A model generated the notes under the pieces. That model did no database searches and was not told the origin of the DNA. It saw nothing but the letters and a program-made list of their open reading frames with translations. A program made the position numbers and the translations under genes. From Octopus sinensis (Eukaryota), in the NCBI RefSeq assembly GCF_006345805.1, contig NC_043003.1, forward strand, positions 98,518,001-98,582,000: a stretch of DNA of 64,000 bases. The letters are read 5' to 3'. Shown here one piece after another: positions 37,499 through 49,930 of the stretch (positions are counted from its first letter, which is position 1; each line of letters opens with the position of its first letter).

Positions 37499-38762
37499 TT
37501 AGGTAGTCAAGTATGAAATTTGTAGAAAAGAAAAAAAGCTTGCTAATGTTTTATAAATACAAGGAATAGTTTTATTCATCAAAGTACGCACCCATATTGT
37601 CAATTCACTCTTCCCATTTTAGCGGTAGCTCGTCCAGCTCGGAACTGTGAATGCCTGACAATCTAGAGTCAATAAAATCTTAGAAGGCTTGTTTTACAGC
37701 ATCGTCGGAAATAAATTTTTCTTATCAAAAAGTTATCCAAATTCTGGAAGAAGTGGCAACCAGTGGGGACAAGATCAGGTGAGTATGGTGAATAATGGAG
37801 AACTTCCGACTCTAACTCCTGTAGTTTCGCCAATGTCATGTTTTTGATGTGTAGTCTGGCGTTGTCTTGCAATAATATAGGAGTAGATCTGTTGTAAGTT
37901 TTTGTAAGTTTCTGGATCATTTGACCCAGTTGATGTAGTATACTTCGGCCGTGATTGATGAGCCAGGTTTAATGAAATCATAATGGAACACACCTGCGCC
38001 GACCACCAAACACACACCATCAGCTTCTTTTGAAGAATTTTACTTTCGGATTGTGTTTTAGTGGCTTGTCTTTGTTCAAACATTGTGCTGAACGTTTTCG
38101 GTTGGATCCATTTCTCATCACATCTTAGAATTCGATTAAAAAATTATTCCTTTTTGTGACGAGAAAGTAGCATAATGCGGGCTTCCTAACGTTTCTGTTT
38201 CTGATTTTCATTGAGTTCATGTGGAACCCACTTATCCAACTTTTTCACTTTACCAATTTGAACTAAGTGCGTCAATATTGTTTGCTTGCTAACACCAAAC
38301 AACAACGATAATTCACGGGCACTTTGAGGTGGATGTGACTCGACGGTGGCTTTCAGTTCGTCATTATCCACCTGTTTCTGATCGACCGCGTTGTTCATTT
38401 GTGAGGTCAAAGTTACCAGAACGATATTTTGCAAAGTAATTTGACAATGGCTGCTTTGTAATAACATTAGAATGAAATACTCCATTAATATTCCGAGCTG
38501 TCTGTGATGCCGTATTTCCAAGAAAGCACTCATATTTCAAAACTGCACGAATTTCCGACTTATCTATCTCTAAAGAAAGATAGCAAAAATAAAAAAAAAA
38601 TTATAAATGCATTATAAAAGGTAAAATGAGTTAGAATAAAGAAATAGAGGTGTCAGCTTCCTAACAAAAAATAGAGCTTGTCAAAATATAATATAGGGCA
38701 AAATGAGCAGCTGTCAAAGTTTACCATACACCTTACTACAGATTTCATACTTGACGACCTAA
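37499..38762 (-). mobile_element. Full-length decayed mariner (Hsmar1/cecropia-like transposase)
   Basis: 27 bp TIRs TTAGGT(A/C)GTCAAGTATGAAAT(T/C)TGTAG, 25/27 identical, with TA on both sides. Motifs DKSEIRAVLKYE, VDNDELKA, QIGKVKKLDKWVPHELNENQK, LLQDNARLH, YSPYSPDL. Several frameshifts. Confidence 0.95.
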
Positions 38763-39559
38763 TATATATATATATATATATATATGAATTATATATATGT
38801 GTGTGTGTGTGTATGTGAGTGTGCATGTGTGTATATATACATATGCATACATATACATATTTATATTCGTATATGCATTTCTTCCTTTTTCTTCTTCTCC
38901 TCCTCCTTCTCCTTCTCCTCCTCATGCCATTATTAAAAGGGTGATGTATTGGCAGAATCATTAACAGGCTTAACTATATTTCTTCTGACTTTCTATGTCA
39001 TCGATATTCCCCGAATCCTACCGAGGTCATCTTTGTCTTTCCTCTTTTCAGGACTGATATAGTAAGATACCAGTAATGTATTGTGGCTAGACATAATAGA
39101 CTTGCTCCTCCCCTGAAAAAATAAATGCTGATTTTGTCCGATACTTTAATAAAGTAGTTTTTGTTATCATAAACTTTTGTTGTTTTTGTACTTTTTATTG
39201 ATTTTTTATGTTTAGCGATGTCTAAGTCTTTTGTGTCTTTTTTTTTATTCTTCAGTTCCGTAAATTCGAGAAAAGGGAAAAGAAACATGCATAAAAGAAA
39301 ACCGAAGAAAACAAAAACTGCACGAAACAATAAAATCAAGAATAACAGAATATTCGAATTGTGATTAAAAGAATGCGTCTCGGTCTATTTAAGTTAATAG
39401 GGCAAGCAACGGAAGAAAGGCGTTTTACATCGAAACAGTTGTATTTCTGTAAAGGAACGGTGTTTTTAAAAGCTTATTCTTGCGCAGAAAGCCAGAATTG
39501 ATGGTGCCCGTGCTTGCTTTGACACAAGAGTTTAAAGTAGGAACTGAAGTGACTTGAGT

Positions 39560-39709
39560 GATGGCAGGGGCGGTGGTGGTAATGGTGGTGCGTAAGGTGG
39601 TGTTGTTGATGGTGGTATTTGAGGAACTGGAGATGGCATGAATTGATGGTGATTGTGGTAGTAGTGATGATGGTAGTAGGAGGTTTACCAACGTTAATCC
39701 TTTTAAAGA

Positions 39710-39742
<33 letters not shown>

Positions 39743-40188
39743 TATCAGCAGCAGCATCAGCGATGGCCACAGCAATAACAATGTCAAGCAATAAAAATAA
39801 GCAAATATAAAAAAAAACAACAGCAAACAACACGAACAACTACAATAAGTAACAACGACAACAGCAATTATCAACATCGAAAAAGCAAAACAGCAGCCAT
39901 TGTAACAATGAAAGCAGAACGACAGCAACAATAACAACGTCAACATCGGTTAACGACAACAACAAAACGTAACAAAGAGAAAACAGTTACAAACAACCAC
40001 CACCACCACCACCACAACAACAACAACGATAACAATAGCGACAGCAACAAAGGCAGGCAACAACAACAATAGCAACAACAATAAGAACATTAGCAACAAC
40101 GTTGACAATGTCAACAATAACAACAGCAACAAACTACGTAGCTAAACAACAAGAGCAACAACAACATTAATAACAGCAGCAGTGGAGG

Positions 40189-40229
<41 letters not shown>

Positions 40230-40321
40230 ACAGCAGCAGCAGCAGCAGCAGCGGCGGCCATAACGTAACGCCATTAGCAACAAAATTCCAAAGGGAAAAG
40301 ACGTAACACCAGCTACTGCTG

Positions 40322-40404
<83 letters not shown>

Positions 40405-40500
40405 ACTACTACTACTACTACCTACTACTACTACTACTACTACTACTAATACTACTGCTACGACGACGACGACGATGATGATGATAAATACTACTGCCGC
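39560..40500. repeat. Compound trinucleotide block (GGT/GAT, CAT, AAC, CAG, ACT)
   Basis: Directly visible succession of triplet runs. Confidence 0.9.
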
Positions 40501-40799
40501 CGCTGCTGCTGCTGCCACATCAACGGTAACAACGAGTGGGCTTCTACGAGGTCACTGAACCTGGCAGATATAGCAGCCAAATATTCTTTAAACCACACCC
40601 TGGCGTCTTGGGGAAAAAGAGAGGGACACACTAGACAATGTAATCGTACATTGAGATGGTCATGGTCTAAGTGCCTCCGATTAGTCAAGTCTTAAGTTGA
40701 GGTAAAGCAACTGCAAAAAAAAAATCAACGAACAACAAAATTCGCAAAATGGCTGCTTCGCGAAGGAAATCACGAGCAAGGAATATCTGCTGGAACAAT

Positions 40800-40814
40800 G
40801 AAAGTGACAGTAAC

Positions 40815-40857
<43 letters not shown>

Positions 40858-42665
40858 ATGGTGGTGGTGATGGTAATGTTGGTTGTAGTAGTGGTGGTGG
40901 TGGTGGTGGTGTTGGTGGTGGCGGCGGACGCGGTGGTAGTAGTAGTGGTAGTGGTGGTGGTGGTGGTAGTAGTACTGGTAGTAGTGGTGGTGGCGGTGGT
41001 GGTGGCGGCGGCGGCGGTGGTAGTAGTAGTGGTGGTGGTGGTGGTGGTGGTAGTAGTACTGGTAGTAGTGGTGGTGGCGGTGGTGGTGGCGGTGGTGGTG
41101 GCGGCAGCGGCGGTGGTAGTAGTGGTAGTAGTAGTAATAGTAGTAGTGCTGGTGGTGGCGGCGGACGCGGTGGTAGGAGTGGTAGTGGTGGTGGTGGTGG
41201 TGGTGGTAGTAGTGGTGGTGGCGGTGGTGGTGGCGGCGGCGGCGGTGGGTAGTAAGAGTGGTGGTGGTGTGGTGGTGGTAGTAGTACTGGTAGTAGTGGT
41301 GGTGGCGGGGGGGTGGCGTGGCGGCGGTGGCGGCGGTGGTGGTAGTAGTGGTAGTAGTAGTATAGCAGTAGTGCTGGTGGTGGCGGCGGAGACGGTGCGG
41401 TAGTAGTAGTGGTAGTGGTGGTGGTGGTGGTAGTAGTACTGGTAGTAGTGGTGGTGGCGGTGGTGGTGGCGGCGGCGGCGGTGGTAGTAGTGGTAGTAGT
41501 AGTAATAGCAGTAGTGCTGGTGGTGGCGGCGGACGCGGTGGTAGTAGTGGTAGTGGTGGTGGTGGTGGTAGTAGTACTGGTAGTAGTGGTGGTGGTGGTG
41601 GTGGTGGCGGCGGCGGTGGTAGTAGTAGTAGTGGTGGTGGTGGTGGTAGTAGTACTGGTAGTAGTGGTGGTGGCGGTGGTGGTGGTGGCGGCGGCGGTGG
41701 TAGTAGTGGTAGTAGTAGTAATAGCAGTAGTGCTGGTGATGGCGGCGGAAAGGTGGTAGTAGTGGTAGTGGTGGTGGTGGTGGTAGTAGTGGTGGTGGCG
41801 GTGGTGGTTGCGGTAGTGGTGGCGGCAGCGGCGGTGGTAGTAGTGGTAGTAGTAGTAATAGTAGTAGTGCTGGTGGTGGCGGCGGACGCGGTGGTAGGAG
41901 TGGTAGTGGTGGTGGTGGTGGTGGTGGTAGTAGTGGTGGTGGCGGTGGTGGTGGCGGCGGCGGCGGTGGTAGTAGTAGTAGTGGTGGTGGTGGTGGTAGT
42001 AGTACTGGTAGTAGTGGTGGTGGCGGTGGTGGTGGCGGCGGCGGCGGTGGTAGTAGTGGTAGTAGTAGTAATAGCAGTAGTGCTGGTGGTGGCGGCGGAC
42101 GCGGTGGTAGGAGTGGTAGTGGTGGTGGTGGTGGTGGTAGTAGTGGTGGTGGCGGTGGTGGTGGCGGCGGCGGCGGTGGTAGTAGTAGTAGTGGTGGTGG
42201 TGGTGGTAGTAGTACTGGTAGTAGTGGTGGTGGCGGTGGTGGTGGTGGCGGCGGCGGTGGTAGTAGTGGTAGTAGTAGTAATAGCAGTAGTGCTGGTGAT
42301 GGCGGCGGACGCGGTGGTAGTAGTGGTAGTGGTGGTGGTGGTGGTAGTAGTGGTGGTGGCGGTGGTGGTGGCGGTAGTGGTGGCGGCAGCGGCGGTGGTA
42401 GTAGTGGTAGTGGTGGTGGTGGTAGTAGTAGTACTGGTAGTAGTGGTGGTGGCGGTGGTGGTGGTGGCGGCGGCGGTGGTAGTAGTGGTAGTAGTAGTAA
42501 TAGCAGTAGTGCTGGTGATGGCGGCGGACGCGGTGGTAGTCTGGTAGTGGTGGTGGTGGTGGTAGTGTAGTGGTGTGTGGCGGCGGGGTGGCGGGTGGTA
42601 GTGGTGGCGGCAGCGGCGGTGGTAGTAGTGGTAGTAGTAGTAATAGTAGTAGTGCTGGTGGTGGT
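40800..42665. repeat. GGT/AGT/GGC higher-order triplet array
   Basis: Anchor motif aatagcagtagtgctggt..ggcggacgcggtggt recurs about 9 times at ~140-240 bp spacing. Confidence 0.9.
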
Positions 42666-43092
42666 ACCTTTTGTAGTCGTTGTTGACTAGCGTCGGATCT
42701 GGATAAAACGTAGATTTCTGATCAAAAAGACAAAAATCGAAAATGGCGTTAATTGCGATTAATTTTGGCGTTAATTGCGATTCTACGTTTAATTTTGATT
42801 TCAGGTACAGCTTACGTATATCTAGGAATGCATTATCCAGTTGGCGATTTCACTTCTAAGATGGCAGCGTGTGTAAGTGCGTGCGTATGTATTTGTGTGT
42901 GTGTGTGCGTGCACGCGCGCATATGTGTGTGATTCGAGATGGAAAAGATAGTGCTGTTTTCAGTGGTTCACAGATCTTCCCCCAGGGGCGTAGAGTACAA
43001 CTCGTAGTAGTTGTAGGTGTAGTATTGATAGTAGCAGCAACAGTGGAAACAACTGTAACAGAAGTGGTGGCGGTAGTGGCAGTAGTAGTAGT

Positions 43093-43145
<53 letters not shown>

Positions 43146-43207
43146 TAGTAACTGGATTAAGAGCTGTGGTTAAAATTAAAACATTATTATATCAATATAA
43201 CTATATT

Positions 43208-43421
43208 TTAAGGCGGCGAGCTGGCAAAATGGTTAGTATGCCGGAGAAAATGCTTAGCGACATTTCGTCCGTCTTTATGTTCTGAGTTCAAATTCCGCCG
43301 AGTGGACTTTGCCTTTCATCCTTTCAGGGTCGATAACATAAGTAGCAGTTAAGCATTGGGGTCGATCTAATCGACTTAGCTTCTCTTCCAAAATTGCTGG
43401 TCTTGCGCTAAAATTTGGAAC
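43208..43421 (+). mobile_element. SINE family B with target-site duplication
   Basis: 15 bp direct repeat caatataactatatt at 43193-43207 and 43422-43436. Confidence 0.9.
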
Positions 43422-44465
43422 CAATATAACTATATTGTAAATTACAAAAGCAGAATATAGGTAGAATATTTTGCACGCCAGTTAACATGTCGTAACGGTA
43501 TTAGAGTGCCACCTGTCTTTGGTCTGGGTTCAGATCCTGCGGAGGTCAGCTTTATCTTTATACTTTCGGAGTGAACTAATAAAGTAATAGTACAAAGGTC
43601 ACTTCTTATTCTCTTTTTTCTTCTGCTCCATCTTTCTCTCTGGCTACGTTCAGATGTGGTGATGAACGGGCTCAGTCAGATTTAAAATGCCTAAGACACA
43701 CTGTAGGTCACAACGGTGTATTTACGACTCCTGTAGGACTTGAAAGGTCGAGGACGGAAGACAGAAAAGATTTCACAGTCACACCACACTCTGGCTTCCC
43801 TATTGTTTGCGACAACAAAATGTGGGTTGGGTTTCAGTGAAGTTTTGCTTATCTTGCTTTGCTTTTCTTGTATCTCTTGTTCATGTTGAAAAATTTTGGA
43901 GATGAGTATAATCTAACCAATACTTTATTTTATCCATCCTCGGAAGGTTAAAGTTAAACATGACTTCGGAAGAATTTGACCTTAGAGACGTGACTAAATT
44001 CTTCACATTAATGATTCAGCCAATCCCAAGCTGATGCTGTGTGGCTATGTGTATATCTATATACGTTGATGTTTGTTTCTTTTGAAATAACTCCGCAATT
44101 TCTCAAAATATGCATGCAGTTCCAAAATCTCTCGAGAATATTGCATGGAGTAATAAAACGGAGCGGGAGGTTTTCTTGGAGGAACATTAGAACATTTCGT
44201 AATGTATACAACGAATGATCAACCAGGCACACGAAGTGATGCATGCCTTGGAGATCGACAAACTATTTACATAATACCAAAACTGGTCGAGTAGATGTCG
44301 TTACATATATACAGCATTTCGATTTCCACGTTATCAGCTAACATTACATTACATATAACATTGTCTTTCTAACATTAACATTGCTTTACATTGAGCGGTG
44401 TAAGTTAAAGAAAACTATTTCCACATATATTTGTTAACCCGAAGAACACTAAATACACATACATA

Positions 44466-45254
44466 GAGGTCTGATCAATAAGTATCCGGATTGTCGCCAT
44501 AGTAACGAAGCTAAAACATGCGGAGTAAAGCCGCTTGGCAAAGATTGCCCCTGAACTCTGCTGTACATTTGCACTAAGTTCTAACGTTCTACCTCTCTTC
44601 CGCTGTTTACAGCAGTGCTTCGAAGAAAGACGTGTAGCTTGTGATCGCCGCATTGACCATGACAGAGAAAGTTGTCATGGCGATACCTGCTCAGAGGTTA
44701 ACGCAAAGTTGCAGAAAGTGTATTGAGAGGAGTGTATGAGCCGGCAGAACTGAGAAAGACATCGCAGATGTGCATGCAGCTGTGAGGGGAAATCGTCGAA
44801 TTACCATCCGTGAGATATCAGAGGATGTGTAGATTAGTTACGGTTCAGTTCAGTCCATTATCACTGAAGATTTGGGTATGATGCGTGTCTGCCAAGTTTG
44901 TGTCAAAACCGTTTTCAGCTGATCTAAAAGACACCCGAGTTTCAGTTGCACTGGATCTACTTGATCGTGTCGAGAACGATGAAAACTATTTAAAAGTACT
45001 GCGTAGGCCTCTGAGCAGATATCGCCAAATTTTTGACAACTCTGCTCAACTCACTCTGTTAAGGTCAATGCGACGATCACACGCTGCACACCTTCCTTCT
45101 AAGCACTGCTGTAAATAGCGGGACGAGCTAGAACGTTAAAACGTAGTGCGCATGCACAGTAGAGATCAAGCTCAATCTGTGCCAAGCGGCTTTACTCTTC
45201 ATGCTTTTGCTTCGTTACTATGGCAGCAACCGGGTACTTATTGATCAGACCACA
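44466..45254 (+). mobile_element. Non-autonomous mariner derivative with ~240 bp inverted arms
   Basis: Arms 44466-44705 and 45001-45253, starting GAGGTCTGATCAATAAGTA, in a TA context. The core encodes a mariner HTH piece (NRRITIREISEDV.ISYGSVQSIITEDLGM..RVSVALDLL). Confidence 0.85.
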
Positions 45255-45494
45255 TATATTGAATCGCTCCCATGGAACTTCAAGTTTCGTATGCTTCTTA
45301 CAGAAACTTAGTTCGTCTATCGTTACAATTGTTTCTGTACCAACAGAGGCGTCTGCGAGACTAAGTCCTTTGTGAATACGAAACCATTGGTCACTCTATG
45401 ACCAGACATAAACTTAATTACTTTTAATACATTACTGCTCTATGTTTTAGAGTGTGCTTCTTTTCCCGTTTTATGATACATTGACGATTAACTA

Positions 45495-45778
45495 ATGGTT
45501 AGGGCAGCGAACTCGCGGTTGCAGGATCGCGGTTTCGATTCCCAGACCGGGCGTTGTGTGTGTTTATTGAGCGAAAACACCTAAAAGCTCCACGAGGCTT
45601 CGGCAGGGGGTGGTGATCCCTGCTGTACTCTTTCACCCACTCTTTCTCCCACTCTTCTTCTGGTTGCCTGCTCGCTTAGCCAGCGGGGTGGCGTCATTCG
45701 AAGGCTAAAACAATGCGACCGCATTGTGACCAGCGATGTGTAACAACATCTGATGGTCTGGTCGGTCACGTGATCACG
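45495..45778 (+). mobile_element. SINE family C variant with an alternative 3' tail
   Basis: Head and body match 51293-51681 up to about 45660, then diverge into an unrelated tail ending gtcacgtgatcacgtga. Confidence 0.8.
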
Positions 45779-45922
45779 TGATATATATATATATATATAT
45801 ACATATGTGAGTGTAAATATTATGCCTACTACAGACAAGTTGGGACTACATCTATAAATAAGGATGGCACTTATGGTGAAAACAGGAGCCTACATATATC
45901 GTCAAAAACCCCACACTCTTAC

Positions 45923-46049
45923 AGAGATTTCAGAGACTGTCATGCCTTCTTTTTCAGAATCGGTTGCAATTCCATCAGCAGTTTGTATACCTTCTCCTAA
46001 ATGTTCCGCTGGATCAAAATTGAGTGGGATAGGGCAAGATTCTTTCAAT
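45923..46049 (-). CDS. Candidate internal coding exon of an unidentified gene
   Basis: ttacag acceptor, 127 nt open frame LKESCPIPLNFDPAEHLGEGIQTADGIATDSEKEGMTVSEIS, GTAAGAG donor. Unique, non-repetitive sequence; no homology recognised. Confidence 0.4.
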
Positions 46050-46133
46050 CTGTAATCAAATTTTTCTTCTTATTCCCACCCCTTACATAAGTTACTTCAG
46101 ACATGATTCTAGCTCTACAGAAGATTGACTCAC

Positions 46134-46156
46134 CCAAGCACTTGCCACATGCTACT
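46134..46156 (-). CDS. Candidate 23 nt micro-exon upstream of 45923-46049
   Basis: atgtag acceptor, perfect GTGAGT donor, 84 nt intron. Joins in frame as SSMWQVLG-LKESCP. Confidence 0.3.
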
Positions 46157-46735
46157 CTACATTATAAATACGTTAGATTTTCGGAGTGTGGTTGAAATTA
46201 GTCTTTAGATAAGGATTCTTTTAGTGTTAAGCGTTTGATAATTATCAAAACAAATGTTGCCATTTCCAACAAAAGTTGCAACAAGGTCTGCTTACGGTAA
46301 TATTGTCAACAAAAACAAAGTTGAAATGTTTGTAAATACATGCAAGCACTCATATATACAAATAAACATATATTTCATGTTGTTTCTATATACATATGTA
46401 TATTATACTTACATACATATTCATGTGTATAAGTACGTATGAGTATGTGTGAATGTAAAGAGTGAAGGATGGTAGGTGAGCGAGACGAATAGCGATGAGG
46501 GTAAGACAGTTATTATACATAAGTGAGAGAGAGAGAGAGAGCAACAATACTTCTAACGAAAGGCTAAATTAAGTGGAACACACGACTCTTTGCGAAAGAC
46601 AAATAATAACAACATCAAAAACAACTGTAATATCGTTAACAACACGACACAACGACAACGCCATCACTGACACTGTCATTGCCAAATCCCCTTACCCCCC
46701 ACTCCCACCACCACTACAGCCAACGGCAGCAACAG

Positions 46736-46766
<31 letters not shown>

Positions 46767-46879
46767 AATAACAACAAGAACAACAACAACAACAGCAACT
46801 ACAACATCTGAAGCAACAAGGGTAACTAATGCAAAACAGAACATTAAAAGCGCAACAAACACAGCTCCTCCTGATCTAC

Positions 46880-46946
46880 CCACAAAATAATAATAATAAC
46901 AATAATAATAATAATAATAACAATAATAATAATAATAATAATAATG

Positions 46947-46998
<52 letters not shown>

Positions 46999-47002
46999 TA
47001 AA

Positions 47003-47058
<56 letters not shown>

Positions 47059-47087
47059 TAATAATAATAATGATGATGATAATAATG

Positions 47088-47129
<42 letters not shown>

Positions 47130-47134
47130 TAATG

Positions 47135-47175
<41 letters not shown>
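46880..47175. repeat. (AAT)n microsatellite with AAC/GAT interruptions
   Basis: Directly visible. Confidence 0.95.
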
Positions 47176-47177
<2 letters not shown>

Positions 47178-47609
47178 GACGAAGAAGAAGGAAAAAAGAA
47201 GAAAGCCAAACTAAAAGACAAAAGGGTGTGTTAGAGCATGGTTTTGAACAACTGTGCGAACAATATGAATGTGACATCATCATCTTATTAACAATCGGGT
47301 GAATGGCGAAGGTTAATTGCGATGTAGTCTGCACATCTGGAATCACAATATCGTTACCTACCTTCTATCCTTCCCTTTCTTACACTCTTTCTTTTCCAAT
47401 CTTTTCATCTCTCCTTATTTCTTCGGTCACTATCCACTCTCTCTCTCTCTCTCTTACAATTTCCATCTGTCTGTCTGTCTGTCTCTGTCACTCTCATTTC
47501 CCTTCTTCTCACTAACTCTTTTCCTCTCTCTCCCCCTCTCTCTTTCTCACTATATATATATTATATATATTTCTTTACATATGATATGACATATATCTGT
47601 ATATATATA

Positions 47610-47657
<48 letters not shown>

Positions 47658-47766
47658 TATAATACATATATACGTGCATATACATATGAGTGTATGTATA
47701 TATAAATATATATATATATATAATAATGATAATGTATATATATGTGCATATACATATGAGTGTATG

Positions 47767-47806
<40 letters not shown>

Positions 47807-47871
47807 CGATATATATATATATATAAGTCAGTAAATGGTGGGGTTTGTGTTAACCACATGTAGAGAAATGA

Positions 47872-48014
47872 TAGAAGAGGAAAAATAATAAGGCAGAATG
47901 CTAACGGAAAGTAAGTTTTAAAAAATGGGTGTGTGAAAAATTTTAAAAATTAAAAAATCCATTTTATTAAAATTTACTTTCAGTTTAGCATTCTGCCTTA
48001 TTAATTTTCCCTCT

Positions 48015-48018
<4 letters not shown>
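47872..48018. repeat. Small fold-back with ~55 bp arms
   Basis: aataaggcagaatgctaacggaaagtaa versus ttactttcagtttagcattctgccttatt. Confidence 0.8.
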
Positions 48019-48059
<41 letters not shown>

Positions 48060-48388
48060 GAGGGTGTGACAGTTTATATAATTTATGTTGCTGCACATAG
48101 GTTAGACATTTTAACTATGAAGGCCAGTTGGTTGGCCGAGTTCTTGAAAATACAAATTTATGTAGCATTATTTCAATTAGTAACTCTCACTTTTTCTTAT
48201 CAATAACTGTCTTTTATTTAGTTGTCAAAAATAAAATATACATACACACAGGACACTCACACCTACATATATACATACATGCATACACACATACATACAT
48301 ATGCATATACACACAAACGCGCGCACACATACACAAATATATATGCATATATGGGTACAGGACGTCACAAAACGTAAACATCATGAAA

Positions 48389-48800
48389 GGAGTGGCTGTG
48401 TGGTAAGTAGCTTGCTTACCAACCACATGGTTCCGGGTTCAGTCCCACTGCATGGCACCTTGGGCAAGTGTCTTCTAATATAACCTCGGGCCGACCAAAG
48501 CCCTGTGAGTGGATTTGGTAGACGGAACATGAAAGAAGCCCGTCGTATATATGTATATGTATATATTATATGTGTGTGTGTGTTTGTGTGTCTGTGTTTG
48601 TCCCCCCTCCAACATCGCTTGACAACCGATGGTGGTGTGTTTACATCCCCGTAACTTAGCGGTTCAGCATGGGAGACCGATAGAATAAGTACTAGGCTTA
48701 CAAGGAATAAGTCCTGGGGTCGATTTCCTCGACTGAAGGCGGTGTTCCAGCATGGCCGCAGTCAAATGACTAAAACAAGTAAAAGAATAAAAGAATAAAA
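48389..48800 (+). mobile_element. SINE family A, full length
   Basis: A box TGGCTGTGTGG, B box GGTTCAGTCCC, CCTTGGGCAAG motif, internal microsatellite, (aaaagaat)n tail. Confidence 0.92.
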
Positions 48801-48844
48801 GAGATTTAGAAAATCTTAGCTATTATTAAAACTAAAAAATGTTA

Positions 48845-49930
48845 ATACAAGTTATTACTTCCATTGCTTATTACTTATTAATTCTATTGAAAATTTAAAA
48901 TAACTCAATAAAAATATGTCTTGCACTTTAAAAATATTAATGTATTAAATTATTAATTAATAAATAGAAATTTTAAAATAGGTTATAAAAACAAATGTGG
49001 TACATAATTAGCTAGTACAATAAATTGAATAATAAAAAAATTAGTTATATATTACAGTAAAATCTACCTATAGCAATACATTCACAGTAAAATTTGATTG
49101 AGCTATTGCCTAAGTTATTGCCAAGTCTTCACATTTATATTCTTGAACAATGCCTATATTTTACATAACGAATTTGCCTACCATATATACTATTCTACTT
49201 CGCATAAAACTTCAGCTATATTGGTACCTCTGTCTCTTATGTTTTAAGTACTCTAGTGTTTCAATATTTTAACAAAATAAGGTGGCTAGCTGGTAGAATT
49301 TTTTGATGCCAAAATATAACTATGGACCAGTCCACTTCAAAAATGTTATTGCCAAGTCTTCACATTTATAGTCTTGAACAAGCCTATATTTTTACATAAT
49401 GAATTTGCCTCCCATATATACTATTCTATTTTGCATAAACATATTGGGATTTCTGTTTCTCATTTTTAAAATATTCTAGTGTGTCAATATTTTAACAAAA
49501 CGATTTTACTTTGATAATTAAAATCAAATAATTTTTGATATTCAAATTATATCCTCAGCTGCAATATTTTAAGTAAAAATTGTCTTGTTTTGTACTTTAC
49601 TAGATGTAATAACTTGTCCTGAACTTTTCCAGGTGTAATAACTTGTCCTGTACTTTTTCAGGTTTATAATCTTATGAATAATATTTCTGTTGCTTGCATT
49701 TTCCCATGATTACATGGGACACAGCCACTCCTGCGCCTACTAAATATTTTAAATATTTTATTTGTAATTTTATCCTTAGCTGTAATATTTTAAGTAAAAA
49801 ATTTCTTATTCTGTACTTTATCAGATGTAATAACTTGTCCTGAACTTTTCCGAGTGTAATAACTTGTCCTGTACTTCTCCAAGTTTATTACTTTAAGAAT
49901 ATTATTTCTCTTGCTCGCATTTTTCCATGT
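48845..49930 (+). mobile_element. Unclassified AT-rich TIR-type element: body plus duplicated right end
   Basis: 48845-49348 aligns with 13390-13918. Partial internal duplication at 49348-49500. The right-end unit occurs twice (49550-49710 and 49770-49930). Confidence 0.55.

Noticed and set aside
40798-42547. Long poly-Val/Ala ORFs (201, 116 and 264 aa)
   Set aside because: Alternative frame of the GGT/AGT/GGC array with GTG or repeat-internal starts; no independent evidence of coding.
44008-44244. Protein-like frames on both strands
   Set aside because: The acceptor phase does not fit the neighbouring exon candidate, and no motif is recognised.
47670-47790. ~72 bp tandem duplication inside (TA)n
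   Set aside because: Ordinary slippage product within a microsatellite.
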